A stretch of 64,000 bases of DNA from Octopus bimaculoides (Eukaryota): assembly GCF_001194135.2 (NCBI RefSeq), contig NC_068982.1:173011192-173075191 (forward strand), written 5' to 3'. The translations under genes and the position numbers were made by a program. The notes below the pieces were generated by a model that was not told the DNA's origin, ran no database searches, and worked only from the letters and a program-made list of their open reading frames with translations. Below, one piece after another: positions 25,098-38,280 of this stretch (position 1 is the stretch's first letter; the number at the start of each line of letters is the position of its first letter).

Positions 25098-26766
25098 TGA
25101 AAGAAAGCCCCTGTCTTAAAATGTTGATCCTTGCTTCACATTACTGCTCAGCACACAGAATCTTTCTGTTTTAACCTCCAATCTGATTATTTCCTTACAA
25201 GTTCCTGATTGTCAGATGAAGAAGGTCACTTCTTCTGATCCTTACTGTCTGCCCCAGACAAGTGAGGCTGGTCTGGTTAACTAGCCAACCCAGAACATAT
25301 GGAAGTTAAGGGCAATCCAGGCACCCAAGGACTAAATAACTGACAGTAGTATTAAAACCAGATGGCATGTTGTTTAGACTACTGAAGATTCTTTTTAAAA
25401 TTTGGAAGATTTTATACTAGAAACTTTGTTTCAGTATGCTTATAGAAACCAAAGAAAGCAACTGATCAAAGTTCTTTCCCTATTTGATACTCAAATCATA
25501 GCCAGTTTGTCCAAAATTTTAAGAACCCTAAGTTTGTCTGTCTTCCAATAATTTCAAGGTGTAGTTGGGAGTTAGATCTTATGGGGAAATCTGTTTGCTA
25601 TTACTGCATGAAGCAAGTTGAGCGACAACACTGATGTAACAGTTAGCAATAGTTAATACAAGTAACTAATAGCATCAGTAGTAGAAGTAGTAGCCATTTT
25701 ATACGAGTTGCTGTTATTAGCTGATGGAAGGGTTAAGTGAATTAACCGGCTTAGAGTATTTAGCAGCAGCACCAGTAGTAGTTGAAGTGGTTAGTAGTCA
25801 TTCTATTGCTGTGAAACTATATTTCTGTATTAACAACAGCTTTTGCTACTGTGATAGTTGAACGATTTTGTTGCTGTTACACTCTCTTGGCATTTACTGC
25901 TGATTCTGAAAGGGTTACTAGCCATAGACTCACACACTCTCTCTTCCTCTCCCCCTCTCCTTCATATATGTTTGTATGTTATTGGGTGGAGTAACTGTGA
26001 AATTTAATCCATACCATGGTTCTTTGTGGATATCCAAATGGACACTAGCAATTTTCAGTGGATGTGTGAATCAGGGTTAAGAATTAATTTGCACTTGTAA
26101 TACATGACTCCTATGCACTATGTGTGTATTATTTATATTGTGTGTGTGAGGCAGGATAATACACACACACAAGTGCATACCAATTATCCACTAGTGGCAG
26201 TTGGTTGATTTGTTGTGTTGTAATGCTTGTATGACAGTTTTCACACTCTATTAAAGAGCCTCTATAATCTAGAAACAGGAACCAAATTTGCCTCAAATCA
26301 AACCTACCATCTTAAGTTGACAGATTAGTTAGCAGTGGAACACCCTTGATCATAGGCCTGCTGGATCAACGCCCAGGGTTAAACAACAATAGCAATATCA
26401 ACAAAATTCTTTCAAACCACACTCCACTTTCCACCAACCCACTCCTTAAAACTATTTCATGGTAATGGGAATATGTCAAGTTTAACAATCAGTATTACTG
26501 TGTTCTGCACTTGCTGTAATTAGATCCTGTGTCCATGGAGACTGGAGAGAGAAAAAGATCAAAAGCATAAGTTCATTGTTTGCCAACATTTTGTGCTCCA
26601 TTTCAGATTCATGCATGTTTACATGACACAAACAACTTTAATTTATATTGTGTGTGTGTGTGTGTGTGTGTGTGTGAGAAAGAGAGAGAGAGAGAAAGAT
26701 ATGTTCACATATACAATTCATTATAAGATCAAATACTGTGGTTACTAAAAATCCTACTACAGCTTA

Positions 26767-27000
26767 AATAATAATAATAATAATGATAATCCTTTCTACT
26801 ATAGGCACAAGGCCTGAAATGTGGGGGAAGGAGGCTAGTCAATTGCATCAACCCCAGTATTTCACTGGTACTTAATTTCTCGACCCCAAAAGGATAAAAG
26901 GCAAAGTACACCCCAGCAGAATTTGAACTCAGAACTTAGCGACAGGTGAAACACCACTAAGCATTTTGTCCAGCATGCTAACAGTTCTGCCAGCCCGATG

Positions 27001-27038
<38 letters not shown>

Positions 27039-28154
27039 AANNNNNNNNNNNNNNNNNNNNNNNNNNNNNNNNNNNNNNNNNNNNNNNNNNNNNNNNNNNN
27101 NNNNNNNNNNNNNNNNNNNNNNNNNNNNNNNNNNNNNNNNNNNNNNNNNNNNNNNNNNNNNNNNNNNNNNNNNNNNNNNNNNNNNNNNNNNNNNNNNNNN
27201 NNNNNNNNNNNNNNNNNNNNNNNNNNNNNNNNNNNNNNNNNNNNNNNNNNNNNNNNNNNNNNNNNNNNNNNNNNNNNNNNNNNNNNNNNNNNNNNNNNNN
27301 NNNNNNNNNNNNNNNNNNNNNNNNNNNNNNNNNNNNNNNNNNNNNNNNNNNNNNNNNNNNNNNNNNNNNNNNNNNNNNNNNNNNNNNNNNNNNNNNNNNN
27401 NNNNNNNNNNNNNNNNNNNNNNNNNNNNNNNNNNNNNNNNNNNNNNNNNNNNNNNNNNNNNAATAATAATGATAATAATAATAATAATGGTTTCAAATTT
27501 TGGCACAAGGCCATCAATATCGGGGAAGAAATAAGTTAATTATAATGACCCCCCCAGTGTTCAACTGGTACTTATTTTATTGACCCTGACAGTCAACCTT
27601 GTTGGAATTTGAACTCAGAACATAAAGATGGGTGAAATGCTGTTAAGCATTTTGCACAGTATGCTAATGCTTCTCCCAGTTTGCCACCTTGGTGATGACG
27701 ATGATAATAAGGATTATAATAATCCTACTATAGGATTGAAATTTGTTAGGGTTGGGGCTAATCAATTACATCAACCCCAGTCAGTATTCAACTGGTACTC
27801 GTTTTACCGACCCACGCGAAGGGCTGTGTCGATTTAGTGGATTTGAACTCAGAGCATAAAAAGCCAGAACGAACACTGCTCAGCATTTCGTCTGACACAC
27901 TATCAGTTCTGATGGCTCACTGCCTTAAAAATTGTAATAATCCTTTCTAATATAGGCACAAGGCCTGAAATTCTGTGGTAGGGGTTTAATTGATTACATT
28001 GACCCCAGCGCATAAATGGTACTTATTTTATTGACTCTGAGAGGATGAAAGGCAAAAGTCAACCTCAGCAGAATTTGAACTCAGAACATGAAGTCAGGCG
28101 AAATGCAGCTAAGTTTTTTGTCCAGTATGCTAACAATTTTGCCATCTCAACGCT

Positions 28155-28192
<38 letters not shown>

Positions 28193-28920
28193 TATAATTA
28201 TTATTATTATTTTTTTTTTTTTGTCCCACCCAATCTGTAAAAAACATCTGAAAACTTTAGAAATACCCTACAATCTAGGTTTGTTTTGCAAAAGTCGGCA
28301 TTACTCAGAACTGCATGCATATTGCGTAAAGTACTGTCTGTCTGAGGTGCTTGTCGTGAATTGACAAACAGTACAAACTCCCGGTAGACACAATATTTTC
28401 AATCAACACCTCACAAAATTGTATACTGTGTGATGTCTATAATAATAATAATAATCTTTTCTACCATAGGCACAAGGCCTGAAATTTTGTGGGAGGGGAC
28501 CAGTCGATTACATCGACCCTAGTGTTTCACTGGTACTTAATTTATTGACCCTGAAAGGATGAAAAAGGTAAAGTCAACTTCGGCGGAATTTGAACTCAGA
28601 ACGTAAAAACAGATGAAATATCACTAAGCATTTTTTCCGGCATGCTAACAATTCTGCCAACTCGCCAATAATAATAATACTAATAATAATAGTTGTTTCA
28701 AGCATCCTAATAACACTAATGATATATTGGAGTTTGCACATAGTCATAATAAATGATTCAATCGATCCAAGTGTTTGACTAACAATTGCTAATCATAGTT
28801 AAAAGTATTGATGGGTGAAGTTGATTTCATTGTGGTTTGAACTAAGACCATCGAGAAATGAAAAGTAGTGTTTAGTGTAGTCCAGCACTCTGCTATTTCT
28901 GCCACTCCATTATCCTTATA
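26767..28920 (-). mobile_element. Array of about 6 co-oriented family B SINEs separated by (AAT)n
   Basis: Copies at about 26767-26997, 27461-27690, 27715-27927, 27935-28156, 28453-28666 and a degenerate one at 28750-28918. All show the B box as gaatttgaactcagaa and the central ggatgaaaggcaaagtc motif on the plus strand. Confidence 0.85.
28224..28440 (+). mobile_element. 5'-truncated R4/Dong-clade (RLE) retrotransposon 3' end, copy 3
   Basis: KHLKTLEIPYNLG then, after a shift, LQKSALLRTACILRKVLSV* (28286-28345). The 3'UTR ends in (AAT)n at 28440. Confidence 0.8.
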
Positions 28921-29841
28921 TTTAATAATAATAATAATAATAATAATGAGGATGAGGATTTATATTAATATAATTATTGTTGTTACTACTACTATTACTA
29001 CCGCTACTAACTTGCGTGCTTTACAATGAATCCTTGAAATGTCAAGATAACCTTACTAATGATGGTCGTTTAAAGATACTAAAGCTGCTACTATTACACC
29101 TACTACTATTGCCCTACTGCTGCTACTACTACTACTGTTATTGATATTAGTGTAAACAACATAGTCCCTTATATTAATGCTGTGTTGTCCTACTCCCTCT
29201 TCACCTCTTGTGGATTCTAACTGCTGCTGCTGCTGCTGCTACTACTACTACTACTATTATAACTATTACTACAGATAGTAATGTAACCAAGAAATCTCAT
29301 CTGTGCCACCAAACCCCTCCCCTGCCAGTGGTCGATCTATCAGATTGTCTTGTCTGTCTAAATAAAAGGGCGATGGCTAGACTCTGGTCTGTCTGTTTGT
29401 CTGTCTCCTGCATCTCTGGCTCTTTTTTTGTTTAATAAAACCATCACTGTTACTACCACCAGCACCTTCCCCATCAGTTTGAGTGGTATCCTCCATTCCC
29501 CTACCTCACCACTGTGGTCATCATCTTGATCATTCGCATAGTATTATTAATATTATTATATATCAGCAGATAGACAAACAGACTTAGGCAGTTTTGCAAA
29601 CCTGTACGTGCATTTATACATGCGTAGCATGCAGACAGCAATGTGTAAAAAAGGTAAAAAAAAAAAAACCATAAGAAATATTGTATAAATACATTCACAT
29701 ATGCAATGCTCGTGTATTTCTATATTCATAGGCATATAGTCAATGGTGTTGACACATTATACATGCACTCATGTGCAACTGTAAACCAAATACATGCATA
29801 TATTTGTGAGTGAGCATATACATTCGAGTGTGTGTGTGTGC

Positions 29842-29885
<44 letters not shown>

Positions 29886-30842
29886 GTATGTACATCAGTA
29901 AGCTAATATGAATTTTCGTTTAATATTTTCATTTCACATGCATATATATGGACTCGCATACAAAGCACATGTGCACGCAAAGTACATATGTGCATCTATG
30001 TGTATAAGTACATGCACGCACCTGCAAACAATTACATTTGCAGTATTATGGTTATGCTTGTCTCGTGTGCACACACACATGTACATTCACAGAGAAGGTC
30101 ATGGTATTTCTGTGGAATATACCTTAGCCTGCTCTCTTTTTGTATCATATCCAAACTGATGCCGTCATAGAAAGTGAGATTAGAAACTGATGATGATGAT
30201 GGATGATGCGATAGTGTCACTCTTCTGTCTCTTCCCCCCCCCCCCTTTTTACCTCTTCTACTTTCTTTGTGTCTTCAGTGTGCCCTCCCTATCGCATTTT
30301 CCTTCTGCATCCACTCTTTCATTTCCTTCTTTCTCTCTCTTGTTTACTGCTTCTTTTTAGTATAAAGGTTATGTGTGTTCATTCTATAGCTGCGTGCATG
30401 CATACACGTATGCTATACACATGCACTGTGTATGTGTGTGTGTGTGTGTTTTGGCTGATGCGTATGAAAATTCAGTATTATGTAGATAGCCCATAGCTGT
30501 GTTTCAGCTTTAATTTTAAACATACTTTAGGCATGCGCACGCACATACACACACACACACTTTACAAACAAACTTGTTTGCACATTCATTCAAAGAACAC
30601 ATAGACAGAATAAACCATGAACAAGCCCCTTTCTATGACTAGCCTTTAAGCATTTCATGTGAAGTGACTCATGACCAATTTTTGTGTTGTGACACAGCTA
30701 AGGATTTGGTCAAAATTAATTCTTTAGAACTAACACAGTCCACTATGCATATGTTCCTGGGTCTAGTAGCAAATGTGAGCAAGCCAATAGTTATCTATTT
30801 ACTATATTCTTTATACAAATAGTTATGTAATAGATGTACCTC

Positions 30843-31068
30843 TGTGAGCTGGCAGAATCTTTAGTATGCTGGGTAAAATGTTTAGCAGTATTTCGGCTGT
30901 CCTTACATTCTGAGTTCAAATTCCACCAAGGTTGACTTTGCCTTTCATCCTTTCCAAGTCAATAAAATAAATACTAGTTGAACACTGGGAGCTCAATGTA
31001 ATCGACTTACCCCCTACCCCTAAATTACTGGCCTTTTGCCTGAATTTTAAACCATTTTTATTATTACT
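30843..31068 (+). mobile_element. SINE family B
   Basis: gagctggcagaa...ttctgagttcaaattcc...ttgcctttcatcctttc...(ATT)n tail. Confidence 0.8.
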
Positions 31069-31069
31069 G

Positions 31070-31212
31070 TGGTGTTAGGAAGGGCATCCAGCTGTAGAAA
31101 CTCTGCCAAATCAGATTGGAGCCTGGTGTAGCCATCTGGTTCACCAGTCCTCAGTCAAATCGTCCAACCCATGCTAGCATGGAAAGCAGACCTTAAACGA
31201 TGATGATGATGA
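31070..31212 (+). mobile_element. Family C (RTE-type 3' end)
   Basis: Near-identical to 1565-1716 and 34840-34979. Confidence 0.85.
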
Positions 31213-31504
31213 CTATTATTATTCTTATCATCATCATCAACAGAGTGGCAAGTTATTAAAGTATCAGAAAATATCTTGCAGTATTTGTTCCAATCCTTTA
31301 CATTTTGCGATAGAATCCTATTGAGGTCAACTTTGCCCTTCATCTGTTTAGGGCCGATATTCCCCTCAAAATTGCTAGACTTGTGTCTGAATTAGAACAA
31401 ATTTTATCCCCTTCATCTTTTGTGTAAACCCTTACACAATTGTTAACTGTCTTTCTAAATGCATTCCTCATCTGATGTCCCTATGGCAATAAAAGAAATA
31501 ATGA

Positions 31505-31742
31505 TAGTAATAATAATAATGATAAATGGTTTCAGATTTTGACACAAGGCTAACAGTTTCACGGGTGGGGGTACGTCAATCACATCGAGCCCCTGTGTTC
31601 AACAGGTGCTTATTTTATTGACCCTGGAAAGATGAAAGGTAAAGTCTAACTTGGTAGAATTTGAACTCAGAATGTAAAGACAGAAAAAATGCTGCTAAGC
31701 ATCTTACCCGGCAAGCTAACAATTCTGCCACTTTGCCACCTC
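31505..31742 (-). mobile_element. SINE family B
   Basis: Same diagnostic motifs in reverse; bounded by AAT repeats. Confidence 0.8.
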
Positions 31743-31781
31743 AATAGTAATGTTCAATATTATTATTATTATTATTATTGA

Positions 31782-32205
31782 GTGAGAGAGCAGTGCATGC
31801 CATCAAAGTGACAAAATATACAAAACCCAATATTACCCATCATGACTACCTGTCTGATAAGGGTACACCAGGCACATGCATTGCAGCTATATGTGCACAA
31901 CATAGTGATCTCATATCAAGGTAAACAGCACATGACTTTACAAGTGGGGCCCAGTTAGAATTTTCTTCAGGTTGAGTAGCCCATGAATAAGGGTTGTTTA
32001 AGGACAAAACACCCATGTTTCCAAAGGTAAATTATCCAAACCCCAAAGAATTCCTTTCAACACATGGCTATGATGCTCCCCCACTACAGCTTGTGATCAG
32101 AGATGCACATACCATCAGCCACTAAGGGACATGCTCAACTGGTTACGGTCAAACAACTGACAAGCAAATCTATGGTTTTAAGCAGACTATTTGTTGTAGC
32201 CTGTA
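31782..32205 (-). mobile_element. Unclassified (AAT)-tailed interspersed element
   Basis: About 420 bp of non-coding, more GC-balanced sequence with (ATT)n on both sides on the plus strand; no protein motif found. Confidence 0.4.
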
Positions 32206-32237
32206 TTATTATTATTATTATTGGTGGTGGTGGTGGT

Positions 32238-32725
32238 GGTGGGAAAAGCAGCAAACTGGCTGAGTCATTGGCACATAGGACAAAATGCTTAGCAGTATTT
32301 CTTCCAGCTCTTTTTATTCTGAATACAAATCCTGTTCTGGTCAACTTTGCTTTTCATCCTTTCGGGGTCAATGAAGCAAGTACCAGATGAGCAATGGGGG
32401 TCATTTTAATTGACTGACACAGTCCCTTTAAAACCGCTGGACTTGCATTAAAATTTGAAACTATCATTATTATTATTATTATTAAGGTGGTGAGCTGGCA
32501 GAATTGTTAGCATGCTGGATAGAATCCTTAGCTGTAATTCCGCCCATCGCCCCATTCTGAGTTCAAATTCTGCAGAGGTCGAGCCCGCCTTTCATCCTTT
32601 TGGGGTCGATAAAATAAGCACCAGTTGAACACTGGGGTCAATGTGATCGACTCATCCCCTCCCCAAAATTGCTGCCCTTGTGGAAAAATTTGAAACTATT
32701 ATTGTTGTTGTTGTTGTTGTTGTTA
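32238..32725 (+). mobile_element. Two head-to-tail family B SINEs
   Basis: Copies at about 32238-32482 and 32485-32725, joined by (ATT)n. Confidence 0.8.
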
Positions 32726-32983
32726 GCAATGAAAAAGCATGTCTAAGCTCCTGGCTGTCTGTACACGCAGTATGATTCTGATATCACATAGAGCCATTTT
32801 CACTTTGATACATGACGTTATCATTTTATGCATGTTTTTCCATACTGAGATGGGTTGGATAGATCTTGCTACTCATCACATCCAATCATCTTCTGGTGCA
32901 CACCGCAACAAAGAATAATAGTCACTTCTGTTGCACTAGAGAGTTTCCTTTCTAATGAGGTTAAAAGAATTCCTTTTACATTG

Positions 32984-33022
<39 letters not shown>

Positions 33023-33924
33023 NNNNNNNNNNNNNNNNNNNNNNNNNNNNNNNNNNNNNNNNNNNNNNNNNNNNNNNNNNNNNNNNNNNNNNNNNNNNNN
33101 NNNNNNNNNNNNNNNNNNNNNNNNNNNNNNNNNNNNNNNNNNNNNNNNNNNNNNNNTATATATATATATATATAGATATATGTGTGTGTGTGTGTGTATG
33201 TTACAAATTACTTACATATTTGGTCATATTATACTTAAAAGACACTCAGGCCTGATATGCTACTATGAAATTATACAGAAATAACATAGAAACAGTCTCA
33301 CATCATATACGCACACATACATATAGGCATTCACAGCAATGGCCTTAAATATGAAATGGGAACATTATAATAAATATATATATATATATATTTACATATA
33401 TATGTATTTATAAGACATAGTGTAAGTGCTGACCCAGTTGTCTGATCAAATAGGCAGACTGTATATGTACATGTACAAGACGTGGAAGGGGGGGGGTGTT
33501 CTATTATTGGATTGGCATACATGCACACACACACATCGTACATGTAAACATATGAACATGCCCCAAGGGTGTGTATGTGTGTGCTATCATTAGGATTGCT
33601 AAAATGCATCAATCTCTAATGTCTGCCTGTTGATTGCTGAGAAATCATGTTTCATTGGTGTAGGAGGCAGCACTAGTAATGATAGTGGTGGTAGTAGTGG
33701 TAGTGGCGGTGGCAGTGTTACTGCTGCTACTAGGGAGAGCGGCCAGTTTTATAAACTCAGTGAAGCTGTGCAAATTACAATTATAATCTAGAATTATCCT
33801 CGTTCTAAGTGGATTATTGTCATGGTGGTTGTGGTTGTTGTTGCTCGTTTTCTTTCTTTCTTTTTTTGTTTGTTTGTTTGTTTGTTTGTTTGTTAGAGTC
33901 TGATGTAGAAGATATATGTCTTTA

Positions 33925-34268
33925 TGCTTGCTTCAGTCATTGTATGGCAGCCATGCTTGTGCACTGCCTTGTATACTTACACTTATAAACCCTGCTGCTT
34001 ATTTTAGCATTTTCATTTTACCGAACTACTACATTATGGGGACATGAGCCAAGATCAGTTGAGTGAGGAAAGTAGGCAAACAGAAAGGTGTACACACATA
34101 CACACACGTACATATGACAGACTTCCTTCAGTGTCCTTCTACTAAATCCACTCACAAGGGTTTGGTCAGCTCAAGACTATAGTAGAAAACACCTGCCCAA
34201 GGTACCACACAATGGGACTGAACACAGAACCAAGTGGTTGGTAAACTTATCACCACACAGCCATGCCT
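33925..34268 (-). mobile_element. SINE family A, old copy
   Basis: Reverse head ...gggactgaacacagaaccaagtggttggtaaac..ccacacagccatgcc and a degenerate tail. Confidence 0.65.
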
Positions 34269-34280
34269 GTACTTATATCA

Positions 34281-35090
34281 GACGTGGCTATGTGGTAAGA
34301 AGCTTGCTTCACAACCACATGGTTCCGGTTTCAGTCCCACTGTGTGGCACCTTAGGCAAGTGTCTTCTACTATAACCTCGGGCTGACCAAAGCCTTATGA
34401 GTGGATTTGGTAGAAAGAAACTGAAAGAAAGCGGCGAGCTGGCAGAAACGTTAACTCGCCAGGCAAAATGCTTAACGGTATTTCGTCTGTCTTTACATTC
34501 TGAGTTCAAATTCCGCCAAGGTCGACTTTGCCTTTCATCCTTTCGGGGTCGATAAATTAAGTGCCAGTTCCTCACTGGGGTCGATGTAATCAACTTAATC
34601 CCTTTGTCTGTCTTTGTTTGTCCCCTCTGTTCAGCCCCTTGTGGGCAATAAAGGAATAAGAAACTGAAAGAAACCCATCGTATACGAACGGGATCGTTGC
34701 CGGTGCCCCTGGGCTGGCTCTTGTGCGGGTGACACATGAGGTTTCTCGAGCGAGATGAGCGTGGCCGTTGCCAGTACTGCCTGACTGGCCTTCGTGCGGG
34801 TGACACGTAAAAACACCCACTACACTCTCTGAGTGGTTGGCGTTAGGAAGGGCATCCAGCTGTAGAAACTCTGCCAAATCAGATTGGAGCCTGGTGTAGC
34901 CATCTGGTTTCACCAGTCCTCAGTCAAATCGTCCAACCCATGCTAGCATGGAAAGCGGACGTTAAACGACGACGACGACATACATACATACATACATACA
35001 TATAAAGTCCAAGGGTCAATTTCTTCAACTAAAAGCAGTGCTCTAGCATGGCCGCACTTAAATGACTGAAACGTGTAAAAGAGTAATGAG
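34281..35090 (+). mobile_element. Nested cluster: family A host containing family B (34431-34657) and family C (34685-34979) insertions
   Basis: B is flanked by the perfect 16-bp TSD AAGAAACTGAAAGAAA (34415-34430 and 34658-34673). C sits in the A microsatellite; the A tail resumes at about 35003. Confidence 0.85.
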
Positions 35091-35878
35091 TATATCAAAA
35101 TAGTAGTAGTGGTGATGGTGGTTGTATAGCCAGAATGGCAGTAGTGTACCTCATCAAACCCATAGCAGTATTGAGCTTTGTTCTCTGTCAGCAAAATATA
35201 GGTTATCAGTCACATCACATATTGGTTTAGAAGTGTGTGGAGTAGAGTGTAAGGGTCAAATGAGTGCAGTTTCAACCACTCCCCCCCCCCCNNNNNNNNN
35301 NNNNNNNNNNNNNNNNNNNNNNNNNNCCCCCGCCGATTCTCTGCAAAGATGTGCATGGAAGAATCAAATAATGATTGAAATAATTATTGTCATTAACAAA
35401 CTCCCACATATTTTCTGTGTTGGCTAGATCTTGATAAAACACATACCAGCCATATGCTGGTACCCTCTTTCGTGAAGTACCAGATATGTAGCCAAGGTGG
35501 TGCTCCAGCATGGACCACAGTCCAATAACAACCCCCCCCCCCCAAGTAATAGAAGGTACCCTGCTTTTAAGTACCATTTATAGATATGGGTCATTTGTAT
35601 AAACTCTGTCTTTCCTGAAGTGTCGGCCTTATGTTTGCATTCGTTACTTGCTGTGCTATCATTCATCAACTGAAGTTAAAAGTTCAACTCCTATTTGGGT
35701 TCAACTGTGATTTTTTTCTCCTTCCGGAAGAAAAATTTACCAGCTATGTTCAAGTACTGGCTATTGATTTAATTGCTTACACAGCTCTAGAGCCAATGTA
35801 AGGACCCATTATTGAATATTGTGTTGTAGAATCGACAAAGTATCAGCCAAATTGCATTGTAATGTTTAGTTTGTTTCC

Positions 35879-36095
35879 TAAGGTAGCAAGCTGGCAGAAT
35901 TGTTAGCACACCGGGCAGAAATGCCTAGCAGCATTTTATCTGTCTTTGCATTCCGAGTTCAATTTCTGCTAAGGTTAACTTTGCCTTTCATGCTTTTAGG
36001 GTTGATAAAATAAGTACCATTTGAGCACTGGGGTCAGTGTAATTGACTGACTCCTCTTCCCAAAATCACTAGCTTTGTTCCAAAATTTGAAATCA
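35879..36095 (+). mobile_element. SINE family B
   Basis: aaggtagcaagctggcagaa...ccgagttcaatttctgc...ttgcctttcatgc... Confidence 0.8.
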
Positions 36096-36755
36096 CTATT
36101 TAGTTATTTCCCTTTTAATGTTCAACATTCAAAATTCTGTAGTGTCAACTATGCTCCTCTCCTTGAGGATCTCTAAAATGAAGTACTAATCAAGTATTGG
36201 AGTCCAATGATTTGTTGTACTCTTCCCTAAAATTCATAACCTTGTACCTATTTTAGAAATTGTTATTGTCATGTTTATTTTGAAAAATTTAGTGTTACAG
36301 TTTGTTGTAAAGTAGCCCTGATTTGCTTGCATAGATTTGTGATAAAGAATTACTCGGATAGCTTGCTGCCAACTACACAGAGTTTCAATACTCTCAGCCT
36401 GCTGCATAAGCAGATAGAAAATTCTTCAGTGGGGTCACCACTAGTATTGCTAGATTGTGCAATATAGTAAAGAAGAATGTACTTAAAACCTCAACAACTG
36501 ACTTCACTAGTTTAGCCACTCATTTCGGTGACTGTTAAAGAAAACTCATCCAAACTGATTTTGCTGGTGTATCTACTACCTACTTCAGTATATATATGCG
36601 TATAACATACACAGACACTCACACACATACTTGTATGTTTATACATATATGTATGTAAACAGGTGCTGGTGTGGCTGTGTGGTAAGAAGTTAGCTTTGTA
36701 AGCTCATGGTCTCAGGCTCAGTCCAACTGTATGGCACCTTGGTGCAAATGTCTTC

Positions 36756-37251
36756 TGGGGAAATCCCCGCCTGCAGGCACAATTGCGCCCACAGGCTGGT
36801 ATACTTACATGTACAAAATATAGTAAATTTTTTAATTATAAACTTTATACAATACTCATATGCCTATTTGCGACATAAGTCGTGTTTCCACTACGACTTA
36901 AAACGGTTAGACTCAAACAGAAAATCGTCTGGCAATTGCCATTTGGAAGGAAATTTTGTTTTCACTATAAAACATATCCCTTTGAAACCCAACTACGCTC
37001 TAGCTGAAAAATATAGAATGCCTCATAAGTAATGTAAACCTCCTAAATTCAGTGGTGACATTAATGAAGATGTTATGCATTAATTTAACGTTAAACTTAT
37101 CTTTATTAATATGTCTCAAATTATACATAGATATATATACAAGATTTACACAAATATGAGAGTTAGAACTTGTGATCCACACACGGATTTTTTTTGGTTT
37201 TTTTTTTTTGGAAATGTTTGTCTGCTACACTAAAAAGTTTCCCCACCCCTG
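36756..37251. mobile_element. Non-autonomous hAT-like DNA transposon interrupting a family A SINE
   Basis: Right end AGTTTCCCCACCCCTG (reverse complement CAGGGGTGGGGAAACT); left end TGGGGAAAT is a truncated copy of it. The host reads gtcttc|...|tactataacc, continuous with the family A sequence. Confidence 0.55.
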
Positions 37252-37923
37252 TACTATAACCTCAGAAACTGAGAGAAGCTTGTCATGAGTGTGTGTGTTT
37301 TAGTGTCTGTGTTTGTTCCCAACAACTGCTCGACAATGGTTGTTGATGTGTTTACAGCCCTGTAAACTTAATGGTTTGGCCAAAAAGAGACCGATAGAAT
37401 AAGTTTCATGCTTTAATAAATACAAGTCCTGGGGTCGATTTGTTTGATTAATATTCTTCGCAGCAGCAGCAGCAGTCTTATGACAAACAAGTAAAAGATA
37501 AAGGATAAATATACACGCATATGCAGGTGTATTTATGTAAACAATGTATGTGATGATGCACATTCACATCAGCTCATGCATGTACTTACACTTGTGTGCA
37601 TATACACATGTGCGATGTTTGTGTTACACGTAATTTGGCAGGGAGGGTGCTAGGCAACCAGTGTGCCATCTAAATGAAGAAATACATCAACTTCATTCTG
37701 AGAAAGATATTTTCTTGTGATGTAGCTGAGGGTTATTCAGTGCTTGTGGTTCAGCTCCTAGTATATATATATATATATATTCTTCCTTGCCCAACCTCAT
37801 TCATTTCACCAACCTTCCCCTGTCTTATCATCACCTAGCCCTTGTTTTCTCCTTCTCCTCCATCTATTTTATTCACATCTCTTAATACCTATAAGGATAC
37901 GGATATGCACACACACACTCGCT

Positions 37924-37959
<36 letters not shown>

Positions 37960-38280
37960 TAATCCTTTCACACACAAATTGAAGATAAGCTCTACTCTCA
38001 TAGCACCTTTTAAAGGGTTGATAAATCATACACCAGACTTGTACTAACCATTGTCTGGTTTACAAACTTTGCAATGAACCAAAGTTAGCACACAAGACAA
38101 AATGTTTTGTGTCATTTCTTCAGACTTTACATTCTGAATTCCTCCGAGGTTAACTCTGCGTTACATCATTTTAAGAGTTGATCAAACGCATACCAGTTGG
38201 ATTGATGTTATTATTGAACTCCTCCCTACAAAATTTCAGGCCTTCTGTTTCTTGTAGAAAGAATTACTAAGTAGTAGGCA

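Noticed and set aside
34309-34913. ORFs of 165 and 107 aa
   Set aside because: They read through nested SINE A, B and C sequence.
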